A DNA stretch of 64,000 nt from a bacterium (GTDB lineage: Bacteria > Patescibacteriota > Minisyncoccia > Phycocordibacterales > Phycocordibacteraceae), in contig JAJYCP010000001.1 in the NCBI GenBank assembly GCA_021778295.1, forward strand, positions 66,513 through 130,512. Reading direction: 5' to 3'. The position numbers and the translations under genes were made by a program. Of the stretch, positions 47,457 to 57,722 are shown piece after piece (within the stretch, counting starts at the first letter, position 1; each line of letters begins with the position of its first letter). Below the pieces are notes generated by a model, which was given only the letters and a program-made list of their open reading frames with translations, had not been told where the DNA came from and made no database searches.

Positions 47457-48727
47457 AAAATTTCTTAAAATCAATCGTTGCGATCGTACTCTGGCTTTTC
47501 GCACGCGCCGTGGTGCGCCGCTACCGGCCGCATATCGTAATGGTTACCGGCTCGGTGGGGAAGACGTCGACGAAAGACGCCGTTGCGGCGGTCCTCGCCG
47601 CGCGCTTTTTTGTCCGCAAGAGCGAAAAGAGTTTCAATAGCGAATTCGGCGTTCCATTCACCATTCTCGGGGTAGGGAACCCATGGGGTAATCCTCTGGC
47701 GTGGATAGCGCTTGTGAAGAGCGCTATCGCGCTTCTCATTTTGCCGAATCATTACCCGAACATGCTTGTACTTGAAACGGGCGCGGACCGGTCCGGCGAT
47801 CTCGCCCGAATATTGCGTATCGCAACGCCGGACACGGTCGTGGTAACGCGCCTACCCGAGATACCGGTGCACGTCGAGGCGTATGCTTCGCCCGAAGCCG
47901 TTCGAGAAGAAGAGTTTTCTCCCGCATACGCGCTCCCTCCCACGGCGCCGCTCATCATCCCAGCCGATGATCCCTATGCACCCGATATGGCGATGCGCAC
48001 CCAGGCGCACGTCATCTCCTACGGCGTCGCGGATGATGCCGCCGTGCGCATCAGCAACGCTGATTTCTATGAATATGAAGGAAATGTCGTCGGCATGCGC
48101 GCGGACGTCTTCGTGGGAGACGAACAGGGCAGCCTGTGCGTACGCGGCTCAGTCGGAAAAACACAGCTTCTTCCGGCCGCCGCCGCGCTCGCGGTCGCGC
48201 GCGCATTCCTCATCCCGCTTCCAGAGGCATTAGGAGCACTTGAGAACTACGAACCCCCACCGGGCCGCGGTCGGCTTCTTGCGGGGAAAAACAATTCCAT
48301 CATCATCGATGATTCCTACAACGCATCACCAGCGGCGGTTGAGGAAGCGCTCGCTACCTTGAGAGCGTTTCCGCGTGCGCGCCGACGCATCGCTGTGCTC
48401 GGCGACATGCTTGAACTCGGACGCTATTCGGTGATGGAACACGAACATATCGGCACAGTGGCGGATGCCGCAGCCGACCTGATCGTTGCAGTGGGTATTC
48501 GCGCTCGCGCGTTCGCGCACGCTTCCGGAGATTCGAACGTATTATCATTTGATAACTCCCGCGCCGCCTCGCTTGCTCTTGCTGATATCGTACGCGCCGG
48601 CGATGTCATTCTCGTAAAAGGTTCTCAATCCATCCGCACCGAACGAATCGTAGAGGCGCTTCTCGCCAATTCCGCTGATGCCTCACGTCTCGTCCGTCAG
48701 GAGAAAAAATGGAAACAAAAAGCATAA
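47453..48727 (+). CDS. murF: UDP-MurNAc-tripeptide--D-Ala-D-Ala ligase
   Basis: TGSVGKTSTK, DDSYNASP, LGDMLELG, LVKGSQ. Confidence 0.93.
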   Translation: MKNFLKSIVAIVLWLFARAVVRRYRPHIVMVTGSVGKTSTKDAVAAVLAARFFVRKSEKSFNSEFGVPFTILGVGNPWGNPLAWIALVKSAIALLILPNHYPNMLVLETGADRSGDLARILRIATPDTVVVTRLPEIPVHVEAYASPEAVREEEFSPAYALPPTAPLIIPADDPYAPDMAMRTQAHVISYGVADDAAVRISNADFYEYEGNVVGMRADVFVGDEQGSLCVRGSVGKTQLLPAAAALAVARAFLIPLPEALGALENYEPPPGRGRLLAGKNNSIIIDDSYNASPAAVEEALATLRAFPRARRRIAVLGDMLELGRYSVMEHEHIGTVADAAADLIVAVGIRARAFAHASGDSNVLSFDNSRAASLALADIVRAGDVILVKGSQSIRTERIVEALLANSADASRLVRQEKKWKQKA

Positions 48728-48766
48728 TCCGTTTACGGGCAGGTATCCTATTTTATGCGAAGTGTG

Positions 48767-48838
48767 TGACCCTACAGAGAATCGAACTCTGATTTGATCC
48801 TTGAGAAGGATCCGTCCTAGCCGTTAGACGATAGGGCC
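48767..48838 (-). tRNA. tRNA-Glu(CTC)
   Basis: GGCCCTATCGTCTAACGGCTAGGACGGATCCTTCTCAAGGATCAAATCAGAGTTCGATTCTCTGTAGGGTCA. Confidence 0.93.
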
Positions 48839-48941
48839 CAGGTGCACGATCGTTACAGAGTGTGCCTGTATGTGTTTTATAACAAAAAAAGACAGGGGAG
48901 GAAAGTATGAAGATGCGCGAGCGGTTTTAGCCGTTCGCGCA

Positions 48942-49229
48942 TCAGTGCCGTGCATGTGGATCAGGCGGGAGGATGTCACCCTCTTCCGATTCGGTATACA
49001 AGTCCGCAGTCTCAACGGCGACTTTCTTTGCATCTTCTGTAAGTATCTCCGCCCGCAACGCGTTCTCTTGCTCCTGCTGTTCCCGTTTGAGGCGGTTTGA
49101 TTCTGCTGCCGCCTTGCCGCCCTTGCGGGACATGTTCCGGTGTCGTTGTATGGCATCGGGGTTGTCTCTCGCCGCTTCCTGTATAAGTCTCCGTACCGCT
49201 GACGGTCTTCCTTCTGCTGGATTTTTCAT
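48942..49229 (-). CDS. Hypothetical hydrophilic protein with a KGG motif
   Basis: RNMSRKGGKAAA. Confidence 0.55.
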   Translation of the reverse strand: MKNPAEGRPSAVRRLIQEAARDNPDAIQRHRNMSRKGGKAAAESNRLKREQQEQENALRAEILTEDAKKVAVETADLYTESEEGDILPPDPHARH

Positions 49230-49275
49230 ACGGGTTCTCTGCGTTTAAGTCCGTCTCCATTACACACTAATTCTG

Positions 49276-49731
49276 CTAAGAAAGCAAGCTATCCACAACG
49301 GCTTTCACTTCGCTGCCCTCGGCCTTGCCCTTAAGTTCTTTCATGAGAGCGCCGGTGAATGCACCCGCATCGGCTTTCGACGTGACGCCACGCTCTGCCA
49401 TTTTTGCCCGTGCGAACGCCGTAATCTCTTCGCGACTCATCTGGACGGGAAGATAGGTTTCAAGCAGGGCGAGCTCGGCTTTTTCCGGTTCAGCAAGATC
49501 GGTACGTCCTGCGTTCTCGAATTGCTCGATAGAGTCTTTACGCTGGTTTGCCGCGCGCTTGATGACGACGATCGCTTCTTCATCGGTCAGGACTTCTTCG
49601 GGTTTGCGTTTTTTGGCGACCACTTCATTGGTCATCGCGGTAACAAGCGAACGAAGCGTCCTCAGGCGCACTTCGTCCCGGGCGCGAAGCGCTTCGGGAA
49701 TCGACTGTTTTAAATTTTCGTGGATAGTCAT
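49276..49731 (-). CDS. GatB/YqeY-domain protein
   Basis: QRKDSIEQFENAGRTDLAEPEKAELALLETYLP. Confidence 0.9.
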   Translation of the reverse strand: MTIHENLKQSIPEALRARDEVRLRTLRSLVTAMTNEVVAKKRKPEEVLTDEEAIVVIKRAANQRKDSIEQFENAGRTDLAEPEKAELALLETYLPVQMSREEITAFARAKMAERGVTSKADAGAFTGALMKELKGKAEGSEVKAVVDSLLS

Positions 49732-49752
49732 ACGGCAGAGTATACTATACGC

Positions 49753-50811
49753 ATGAATCCGCTTGCGATAGCCCTCGCCGTCCTCGCTCTGCTGTTTATG
49801 CAGGGCATCGGCCTGTATGTGATACTGCGCCGCCGCGAGTCCCCGCAGGATGCGGGCGGCATGGTGCTTCTCCAGCAACAGATGCAGGAGCTTGCGCGTA
49901 CCCTCGATGCGCGCGTTTCGGAATCTTCGAGAGCTATGCAGGAGAATTCCCACCGCCAATTCTCCGAGTCCGCGCGGCTCATCAAAGAAATTACTCAGGA
50001 AGTAACTTCCGTGAAAGAAATCGGCCGGCAGACGCAGGGGTTCGCCGAACAACTGCAGAATCTCCAGGACATCCTGAAGAACCCGAAACAGCGCGGCATC
50101 CTCGGCGAGTACTACCTCGAGACCGTACTGAAGAACGTCTTGCCGCCCGGCATGTACCGGATGCAATACCCGTTCAAAAATGGCGAGATCGTCGATGCGG
50201 CGGTTTTCGTGAACGATAAGATTGTCCCCATTGACTCCAAGTTCTCGCTCGACAATTACAATCGCATGGTGCATGCGTCCGAAGCCGAGCGGCCCGTTCT
50301 CGAAAAAGCGTTCATAAACGATCTCAAGCTGCGCATCCAGGAAACCGCAAAATATATCCGTCCGGAAGAAGGGACGATGGATTTCGCCTTCATGTTCATC
50401 CCCTCTGAAGGAATTTACTACGATCTTCTGACCAACCAGGTCGGCGGCGCACAGGGATCAGACGGCGAGGAGAACCTCATTCAGAGAGCGGCAGGCAAGC
50501 ACAAGGTCATCATCGTCTCGCCCACGTCGTTTCTCGCATACCTCCAGACGGTCATGCAAGGCTTAAAGGCGCTTCAGATAGAACAAAAAGCGGTTGAGAT
50601 CGGGCAGCGGGTCGGGGAACTCGGGAAGCACATAGGAGCGTATGAAGAACTCTATCGCAAGCTTGGTACTTCGCTTACAACTTCCATAAACCACTACAAC
50701 AATGGCTATAAAGAGCTTGGGAAGATAGACAAAGACGTCTACCGCATCACCCAAACAAAAGCGGGCATCGAGCCGGAACTTCTTGAAAAGCCGCTCGCAG
50801 GTATTGACTAA
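49753..50811 (+). CDS. rmuC: DNA recombination protein RmuC
   Basis: KQRGILGE, PIDSKF, DFAFMFIPSEG, VSPTS. Confidence 0.92.
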   Translation: MNPLAIALAVLALLFMQGIGLYVILRRRESPQDAGGMVLLQQQMQELARTLDARVSESSRAMQENSHRQFSESARLIKEITQEVTSVKEIGRQTQGFAEQLQNLQDILKNPKQRGILGEYYLETVLKNVLPPGMYRMQYPFKNGEIVDAAVFVNDKIVPIDSKFSLDNYNRMVHASEAERPVLEKAFINDLKLRIQETAKYIRPEEGTMDFAFMFIPSEGIYYDLLTNQVGGAQGSDGEENLIQRAAGKHKVIIVSPTSFLAYLQTVMQGLKALQIEQKAVEIGQRVGELGKHIGAYEELYRKLGTSLTTSINHYNNGYKELGKIDKDVYRITQTKAGIEPELLEKPLAGID

Positions 50812-50886
50812 AATAGCTTCTCATGCTATAAGAGACGAGGAAAGGATCTCGTGGTGAGATCTTTGTCAATCGCGGGAGAACGTGAA

Positions 50887-51312
50887 ATGAATCTGAGTTT
50901 CCACAACATCATTGCCCTCGTCGGGCTTCCAATCCTCGGATTGGTTTGCTTGTGGGTATCCGCTTCGAAAGATCGCGACAAAGAGGAGAGAGTGGCGAGT
51001 TTCGTCATCGCTCTATTTTGTTTCGGAGCCTTCGCGTTCATCTGCGTGTACGCAGGGCACGGGTATGCCCAGGACAGAGTCGAGACCCTTTCGGGCCTAC
51101 TCTCGAATGGACATGCCTACGAAGTCGTCGCGGTCCGCCAGGATGGGAAAGACAAAGTGCTGACCATCATGGGTGAAAAGAAAAGCGCCCGTGGCACCCA
51201 TAACTTCTACATCCTGCGCGTGCAAGGACCGGTGCCGCCAAGGTATTTTCAGATGGACCGCGGGGAACCGGTAGCCTATCTACCCAGTACCCAATCGCAA
51301 TTGACATACTGA
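50887..51312 (+). CDS. Hypothetical 2-TM protein
   Basis: GGGAG SD; two hydrophobic helices. Confidence 0.6.
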   Translation: MNLSFHNIIALVGLPILGLVCLWVSASKDRDKEERVASFVIALFCFGAFAFICVYAGHGYAQDRVETLSGLLSNGHAYEVVAVRQDGKDKVLTIMGEKKSARGTHNFYILRVQGPVPPRYFQMDRGEPVAYLPSTQSQLTY

Positions 51313-51390
51313 ATTGCACTGTACTTTCAGGCCGCGCTCTCGTAGCGCGGCCTTGTCTTTTACGGCCACAAATGCTACAGTGAAAAGACT

Positions 51391-51708
51391 ATGGAAGTGG
51401 CCGTAATCAAGACCGGCGGGAAGCAGTATGTCGTCTCAAAAGGCGACACTATTTCGATAGAAAAGCTCCCGGGAGATTTGAAAAAAGGCGACACAGTTGT
51501 CTTCGGCGAGGTGCTCCTCGTTGACAACGGCTCGGACACGACCATCGGTGCGCCCTTTATCACGGGCGCAGAGGTCAAGGGCACCGTTGTTCTCGCCGGG
51601 AAGGGGAAGAAAGTCGAAGTAGTGAAGTACAAACCGAAGAGCCGCTACTATAAACGCCGCGGACATCGTCAGCCGCTTCTCAAGGTGAAAATCGACTCGA
51701 TTTCTTAA
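51391..51708 (+). CDS. rplU: 50S ribosomal protein L21
   Basis: AVIKTGGKQY, GHRQP. Confidence 0.97.
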   Translation: MEVAVIKTGGKQYVVSKGDTISIEKLPGDLKKGDTVVFGEVLLVDNGSDTTIGAPFITGAEVKGTVVLAGKGKKVEVVKYKPKSRYYKRRGHRQPLLKVKIDSIS

Positions 51709-51788
51709 GCCTCTCATTCCCCGGAGCGAGCTTCTTTGAGAGCTTTCGCTCTCATTTGTCTTATTTATTTGTCCTAGCAAATTACTCT

Positions 51789-53102
51789 ATGCAAGTAGGG
51801 CGTTGGAATCATCAATCGACAGGCGCGCATTCGCCAAGCGGCGGACGCCCATATTCGCCGCGTCCCTCAAGGCGCGACGGGCCGAGCGGCTCTGGGCGTT
51901 TTGACAATCACGGCGGTTCCGGTCGCGGCGGCTACGGTCGTCGTGGCCGTGCTCCGGTGCGGCGCAAGGGTTTCGGCTCTTTCGGCGAGACGGAGTCTGA
52001 AATCTCAAAGTTCATGAATAAAACGGTCGTCACGACCGAAGAGCCGGTGTTCGTCCCCGAACACAAATTCTCAGATTTTGCGGTACATGAAAGGTTGCAG
52101 AAGAACATAGCCGCAAAGGGCTACGATCTCCCGACGCCTATCCAGGATAAAGCCATCCCGCACGCTCTTTTGGGCCAGGATGTCGTCGGTCTTGCAGAAA
52201 CGGGAACCGGGAAGACGGCTGCCTTCCTCATTCCGCTTATCGATAAGGTTATGAGGCAAAAAGGGGAGCGCATTCTCATTATGGCACCCACCCGCGAGCT
52301 TGCGGTGCAGATTGAAAAAGAGCTTGCCGGTTTCGCAAAAGGTCTCGGGTTCCGCGGCATGGTCGCGGTCGGCGGCGCGAATATCGGACCTCAAATCTCG
52401 ATGCTTCGATATGAACCGGCGTTCGTCATCGGTACCCCCGGGCGCTTGAAGGATCTCATGGAACGCCGTGCGCTCGATCTTTCCGGTTTCGGCACGGTTG
52501 TCCTCGACGAAGCGGATCGCATGCTCGATATGGGTTTCATCGACGATATGCGCGCTATCCTCGGGATGATGCGCAAAGAACGCCACACGCTCTTTTTCTC
52601 CGCAACGATGTCGAAAGATATCGAACGGCTTATCGGCGATTTTCTTTCAAGTCCGGTCATCATCTCGGTAAAAAGACGTGATACTCCTTCAAGCGTCGAT
52701 CAAGATGTCGTCCGCATCCCGCGTGGGAAAGACAAGTTCGATGTGCTTGTCGAACTTCTTAAAAATTCCGACTTCAGCCGCGTGCTTGTCTTCGGCCGTA
52801 CCAAGTTCGGCGTGGAGAAGCTCGCCAAGGCGCTCTCGCGCCTCCACATCCACGCGGAGAGCATCCACGGCAATAAGACGCAGGGCGCGCGCCAGAGAGC
52901 ATTGGAGGCCTTCAAGGCAGGGAAGGTGAGCGTGCTCGTCGCGACCGACGTCGCGGCACGCGGCATTGATATCCCTGCCGTCTCGCACGTCATCAACTAC
53001 GACCTTCCGTCCACCTACGAGGACTACGTGCACCGCATCGGCCGCACCGGCCGCGCGGACAAGAAAGGGAAGGCTCTGACCTTCGTCCAGGAGCGCTACT
53101 AA
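51789..53102 (+). CDS. DEAD-box RNA helicase
   Basis: AETGTGKT, PTRELA, TPGR, DEAD, SAT, ARGID, HRIGRTGR; RG-rich N-terminus. Confidence 0.96.
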   Translation: MQVGRWNHQSTGAHSPSGGRPYSPRPSRRDGPSGSGRFDNHGGSGRGGYGRRGRAPVRRKGFGSFGETESEISKFMNKTVVTTEEPVFVPEHKFSDFAVHERLQKNIAAKGYDLPTPIQDKAIPHALLGQDVVGLAETGTGKTAAFLIPLIDKVMRQKGERILIMAPTRELAVQIEKELAGFAKGLGFRGMVAVGGANIGPQISMLRYEPAFVIGTPGRLKDLMERRALDLSGFGTVVLDEADRMLDMGFIDDMRAILGMMRKERHTLFFSATMSKDIERLIGDFLSSPVIISVKRRDTPSSVDQDVVRIPRGKDKFDVLVELLKNSDFSRVLVFGRTKFGVEKLAKALSRLHIHAESIHGNKTQGARQRALEAFKAGKVSVLVATDVAARGIDIPAVSHVINYDLPSTYEDYVHRIGRTGRADKKGKALTFVQERY

Positions 53103-53202
53103 AACCCACCTCAAACCCCCGCTCGGGTATGCGACAGGAAGGAGTACGCCGTCTTTTTCTGCCGCATACGCCTCGCGGGGAAATGTGGGTTTGAGATGAG
53201 TT
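53103..53202. mobile_element. MITE-like element, copy C (internally deleted)
   Basis: Same left and right arms as copy B, joined at a TTTCTGC microhomology. Confidence 0.78.
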
Positions 53203-53267
53203 CTAGTCTATTTCGCAAAAAAACAACAAGCACCCCGCAGAGGTGCTTTTTGCGTATCGTACGGCGG

Positions 53268-53870
53268 TTAGGTTTCTTTACGATTCGTGAGCGCGGCGCG
53301 GAGTGTCTCGGCATCGGAGTATTCCAGCTCACTGCCGGTCGCAAGACCGCGGCCGAGCTCTGAGACCTTCACATGATCGCGATAGGACTGGAGGAGTTCT
53401 CGCACACGATCAGTCGTGTGCTCGCCCTCGCTCGTTGCTGAAAGCGCGAGCACGACTTCTTTCAATCCTGTTTTCAAACGTTTCTCAATGCTCCGTAGAA
53501 GCTCTTTTTCCCTGATGACGCCCCTCCCGGAGAGGGTGAGTACGCCGCCGAGCACGAAGTAACGGCCCTTATAAGTTCCGGCGCGCTCTACGGCCGCGAG
53601 GTCCTGATCTTTTTCTACGAGCATCAGAAGCGAATCATCCCGCTTCCCCTCGGAACAATAGTCACAGACAGTCGCCGTCGTGCCATTGTAGAAACGCAAA
53701 CACTCGGGGCACTGTCGTACGTTTTTACCCAGTGACACGATCAATTCCGCGAGTTTCGCGCGCTCCGCAGGAGGAGCCGCAAGAAGGTAAAAAACGAAAC
53801 GCTTGCCCTGGCGCGGCCCGATGCCGGGAAGGCGGGAAAGTGCCTGTGCGAGTTCATCAATTTTGTCCAT
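53268..53870 (-). CDS. recR: Recombination protein RecR
   Basis: LPGIGPR, C4 Zn finger, Toprim domain (EGEHT), ELEYSD. Confidence 0.94.
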   Translation of the reverse strand: MDKIDELAQALSRLPGIGPRQGKRFVFYLLAAPPAERAKLAELIVSLGKNVRQCPECLRFYNGTTATVCDYCSEGKRDDSLLMLVEKDQDLAAVERAGTYKGRYFVLGGVLTLSGRGVIREKELLRSIEKRLKTGLKEVVLALSATSEGEHTTDRVRELLQSYRDHVKVSELGRGLATGSELEYSDAETLRAALTNRKET

Positions 53871-53896
53871 ACGTATAGACCACACGCGCCATATAG

Positions 53897-55255
53897 TTAG
53901 AACTCTGCCGCGAGTTCGCCGTATCCCGACTTATCAACCGGTTGGAAGGTGGCGCGCTTCTCGTCGAAATAAAGCTCGGTCATGCCGGTCGGCCCGTTTC
54001 GGTGCTTCTCGATGAGGATCTCCGCAATGTTCGGACGGTCACTTTCAGGATTGCGCTTGTCTTCGCGATGAATAAAAAGTACGACGTCCGCGTCCTGTTC
54101 GATGGAACCGGAGTCGCGTAAATCGCTCAAGCGCGGCTTTCCGCCGCGCTGCTCCACCGCGCGGGAGAGTTGCGAGAGCGCGATGACCGGTACGGAAAGC
54201 TCGCGCGCAAGCGATTTGAGCGAACGGGAAATCTCGGTTACCTGCTGGACAAGCGAGTCGGAAGCCTTGGTCGACGTCGGAGCCATGAGTTGGAGGTAAT
54301 CGACAATGATAAGCCCGATGCCGCGCTCCCGTTTGAGCCTCCGCGCGACCGCGCGCATCGAGAGGATATTATTCCCCGGCTTGTCATCGATAAAAATAGG
54401 CGCTTTTGAAAGCGATTCGAGCGCGTCGCGGATACGGCCAAAATCTTCTTCTTCTTTCACCTGTCCGGTGCGCAATTTCCACGAGTTGACGAAGGATTCC
54501 GCGGCGAGCATACGGTCGATGAGTTGTTCGGAACTCATTTCGAGCGAGAAGATGCCGACGGGGACGTTGTGGCGTACGGCGGCGTTTCGTGCGATATCAA
54601 GAGCGAGCGATGTTTTCCCCATCGAGGGCCGGGCGGCGATGATGACGAGATCGGAAGGGTGGAAGCCCGAAAGGAGGTTGTCGAGAGCGGGGAAACCCGA
54701 GGGAACGCCGCGTATACCGTCCTCTTTCTTCGAAAGCGCCTCGATGCGATCCCATGCTTCGTGAATTTTATCGCCGATCGCGGTGAATTTATGTGCGGCG
54801 GACGCATTGCCGATGGCGTATATGCTTTTTTCAGCTTCATCGAGAACTTCCATCGTCTCGCGCGCATCGTCATACGCGGATTCGGTAATACCGTATGCCG
54901 CATCGATCAAGGAACGCATCAGGAACTTGCGCGAGACAAGTTCGGCGTAGTAAGAGAAATTTCCCGGTGCGGGCGCGGAGCCGGCAAGCTCGGCAAGATA
55001 ACTGCGCCCTCCGGCGCGCTCCAAAGTACCCTGGCCCTGCATACGCTCGGAAAGCGACAAGAGATCGATTGGTTCGCCGCGTTCCGCAAGCTCACGCATA
55101 GAGCCGAATATGAGGCGATGTTTTTCCGCATAGAAAGAATCGGGACGGATAAGATCTGAAATATCATGAATAGCCTCGGGTTTCAGGAGCAGGGCGCCTA
55201 AAAGCGCGCGCTCGGACTCGAGAGACTGGGGCGGGATGCGGTCAGCGGCAGCCAT
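53897..55255 (-). CDS. dnaB: Replicative DNA helicase
   Basis: ARPSMGKT, FSLEMS, DYLQL, SDLRDSGSIEQDAD, KHRNGP. Confidence 0.97.
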   Translation of the reverse strand: MAAADRIPPQSLESERALLGALLLKPEAIHDISDLIRPDSFYAEKHRLIFGSMRELAERGEPIDLLSLSERMQGQGTLERAGGRSYLAELAGSAPAPGNFSYYAELVSRKFLMRSLIDAAYGITESAYDDARETMEVLDEAEKSIYAIGNASAAHKFTAIGDKIHEAWDRIEALSKKEDGIRGVPSGFPALDNLLSGFHPSDLVIIAARPSMGKTSLALDIARNAAVRHNVPVGIFSLEMSSEQLIDRMLAAESFVNSWKLRTGQVKEEEDFGRIRDALESLSKAPIFIDDKPGNNILSMRAVARRLKRERGIGLIIVDYLQLMAPTSTKASDSLVQQVTEISRSLKSLARELSVPVIALSQLSRAVEQRGGKPRLSDLRDSGSIEQDADVVLFIHREDKRNPESDRPNIAEILIEKHRNGPTGMTELYFDEKRATFQPVDKSGYGELAAEF

Positions 55256-55269
55256 TACGGCCAATTGTA

Positions 55270-56736
55270 TCAAAAAGAAGCTCGAGTCAACACCGGCCCC
55301 TGCGGCCCGTCATCCACACGATATCCCCTGTGCAAAATAGCATCTCGGATGCGGTCAGCTTCTGCGAAGTTTCCGGATACACGCGACGCCTCGCGCTGAG
55401 CGAGCATTTTCAGAATATCTTCCGGCGCATCCTTCGTTGATACGTCCAGTGGAGGCGGTGCAAGAAGCGAGAGGCCGAAGTGTGCGTCAGCATCCTCAAG
55501 GAGCCCCCATTTTTCCTCCGGCGCGTATTCTTCGCTCCGGAGCGTGTCCCAAAGGATGCTGAGAGCCTGAGGTGTCGCGAGATCGTCACGCATTGCGGCC
55601 AGAAAACGTTCACGCGCCTCCGATCGCGCGCTGTGGCGCTTTGATTCATGTGCGATATCGTTTGCGAGTCTCCACAGTCGTTCAAGCGCGCTCGAAGCGC
55701 CCGCAAGCGCCTCGAAGGAAAAGGAGAGGGGCGTCCGATAATGCGCCTGGAGGAAAAAGTAACGCACGGCAAGCGGGGAGAATCCTTTTTCAATGACCTC
55801 CGACAGGTAGACGACATTTCCCAATGACTTCGAGGCTTTATCGCCTCCCATCGTAAGGAAAGCGCCATGCATCCAATAGCGGACGAACGGCCGTCCGTTT
55901 GCCGCCTCTGATTGTGCGATTTCATTATTGTGATGAATAGCGATATGGTCTTCACCACCGGTGTGGATGTCTATTTCTTGTCCAAGGAGAGCGCGAATCA
56001 TGGCCGAGCATTCGATATGCCAACCGGGATTGCCGCGGCCCCACGGGCTATCCCATTGCTGGAGATCTCCCGGTCGCGCGGTACGCCAGAGGACAAAATC
56101 GGCAGGGGAGCGCTTTCCGGCCGCCACCGCGACGCGCGCGCCCGCCTCAAGTCGGGCATGCGCCAGGCCGCCGAGCTTTCCATACCCGGGAAATTTCTGC
56201 ACATCGAAATAGAGGCCATCGGGCAGGCGGTAGGCGAAACCTTTTTCTTCGATCGTCTTCGCCAATGCTATCTGTTCCTTGATGTAGCCGGTTGCTCGCG
56301 GGAAAAGGATGTCGTCGGTGGCGATATTCAGTTCAACGAGATCATCCATGAAGAGCTTCGTATAGCGAGCCGCAAGCGCGTCAGGCGTCGTGTGTTCGCG
56401 CAACGCCCCCACCGTCATCTTGTCCTCGCCTCCATCGGCATCGTTCACGAGATGGCCGACGTCGGTGATATTGATGACGCGCCGTACGCGATAGCCGGCG
56501 GCCTCCAACACGCGCGCGATCGTATCGGAGAAGACATAGGCGCGCAGATTTCCTATATGGGCGCGGTTGTAGACCGTCGGGCCGCAGGAGTAGATCAGCG
56601 CGATGCCGGGTTTGAGCGGTACGAAAAGCTCTTTCGAGCCCGAAAGAGTGTTCGTAAAAAACACGCGCGCCAACGAACGGTCGTCTAAAGCGGCGGCATG
56701 CATCTGCTTTTTAAGGATACGCCGGAGCCATTCCAT
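55270..56736 (-). CDS. cysS: Cysteine-tRNA ligase
   Basis: CGPTVY..AHIGN, PGWHIECSAM, KASKS. Confidence 0.96.
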   Translation of the reverse strand: MEWLRRILKKQMHAAALDDRSLARVFFTNTLSGSKELFVPLKPGIALIYSCGPTVYNRAHIGNLRAYVFSDTIARVLEAAGYRVRRVINITDVGHLVNDADGGEDKMTVGALREHTTPDALAARYTKLFMDDLVELNIATDDILFPRATGYIKEQIALAKTIEEKGFAYRLPDGLYFDVQKFPGYGKLGGLAHARLEAGARVAVAAGKRSPADFVLWRTARPGDLQQWDSPWGRGNPGWHIECSAMIRALLGQEIDIHTGGEDHIAIHHNNEIAQSEAANGRPFVRYWMHGAFLTMGGDKASKSLGNVVYLSEVIEKGFSPLAVRYFFLQAHYRTPLSFSFEALAGASSALERLWRLANDIAHESKRHSARSEARERFLAAMRDDLATPQALSILWDTLRSEEYAPEEKWGLLEDADAHFGLSLLAPPPLDVSTKDAPEDILKMLAQREASRVSGNFAEADRIRDAILHRGYRVDDGPQGPVLTRASF

Positions 56737-56739
56737 GGG

Positions 56740-57660
56740 CTAGAAAATCCAACGCTTCCGCGCAAAGAAGAGCATCATAATGCCCACGATGGCGAACATA
56801 AGCGCAATAATGATCCCAAACGCATCCGGATTCTGCTCGAGCGGCGTCCCGGGAACGTGCATACCAAAAACAAGCGCGATAAGCTCGAGAGGAAGAACGC
56901 TGAACGTTATTACGGTAAGCGTTTTCATTATTTCATTTTGGCGCGCTTCAAGCAGCGTGCTATTGGTCTCGCGCAGTTCGGTCGCGACCGCACGGTTTGT
57001 ATTGACAAGGCGTGCGACTTGCGTGCGTTCGGCCAGGATGCGTGCTACGCGCTCGGCGAACGAACTGTCGAAAAAGTTACGTTCCGCGAGCGTCTGCAGG
57101 AAACGGTCGAGCGGTTCTTCTTGGTTTGCAAGCATTGCTTCCAGGTGCAAGAATTCGCGGCTGATATTTGAAATCAAGCGCACGGTCGTGCGCTCACGAC
57201 CGTCGAACATGTCTTGCTCTACGCGAGCGAGGCGGCCTGCAACGTGATTAGCGTGGTCGCGCACCGATGCGTACAGGTGAGCGAAAAGAATCTCAAGCAG
57301 GACGTCGGTGGTGATGGCGGCATGTCCGTTAACGAGCTTTTGCGCCTCAAGGATTTTTTTTAGGTGATGCAAAGGTGCGACAACTTCATAGCGTACGGTC
57401 AAGATGAATTGATTGCCAATGACAAAATCGATTTCCTGGTTTTTTGTCTCGCCTTCTGTCGCGCCTTGAGCCGGGAAATGGAGTACCAGGAAGGTGGCAC
57501 CAGCATCGCTTGCGACAAGCGGCGCGGGGGTGGGATAGAGCAGCTCCGTCTCGATACGTTCGCTGATTGAAAATTCATGCGCCAGGTCCCGTATCTCGCT
57601 TTCGTTCGGTTGTTCGAGGTCCACCCAGACGCCACCTCGGTACTCATGCCGGGATATCAT
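56740..57660 (-). CDS. CorA-family divalent cation transporter
   Basis: NEIMKTLT…FGMH and two C-terminal TMs. Confidence 0.88.
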   Translation of the reverse strand: MISRHEYRGGVWVDLEQPNESEIRDLAHEFSISERIETELLYPTPAPLVASDAGATFLVLHFPAQGATEGETKNQEIDFVIGNQFILTVRYEVVAPLHHLKKILEAQKLVNGHAAITTDVLLEILFAHLYASVRDHANHVAGRLARVEQDMFDGRERTTVRLISNISREFLHLEAMLANQEEPLDRFLQTLAERNFFDSSFAERVARILAERTQVARLVNTNRAVATELRETNSTLLEARQNEIMKTLTVITFSVLPLELIALVFGMHVPGTPLEQNPDAFGIIIALMFAIVGIMMLFFARKRWIF

Positions 57661-57722
57661 GCATGTAGGATACCATGCGTGCTGTACACCGCTCCACTTG
57701 CAGTGCTACACTGTGCGCTACG

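Noticed and set aside
49276-50274. 332-aa version of the YqeY ORF (apparent fusion)
   Set aside because: The N-terminal extension is the antisense of rmuC; the likely start is 49731, with a -10 box 7 nt upstream.
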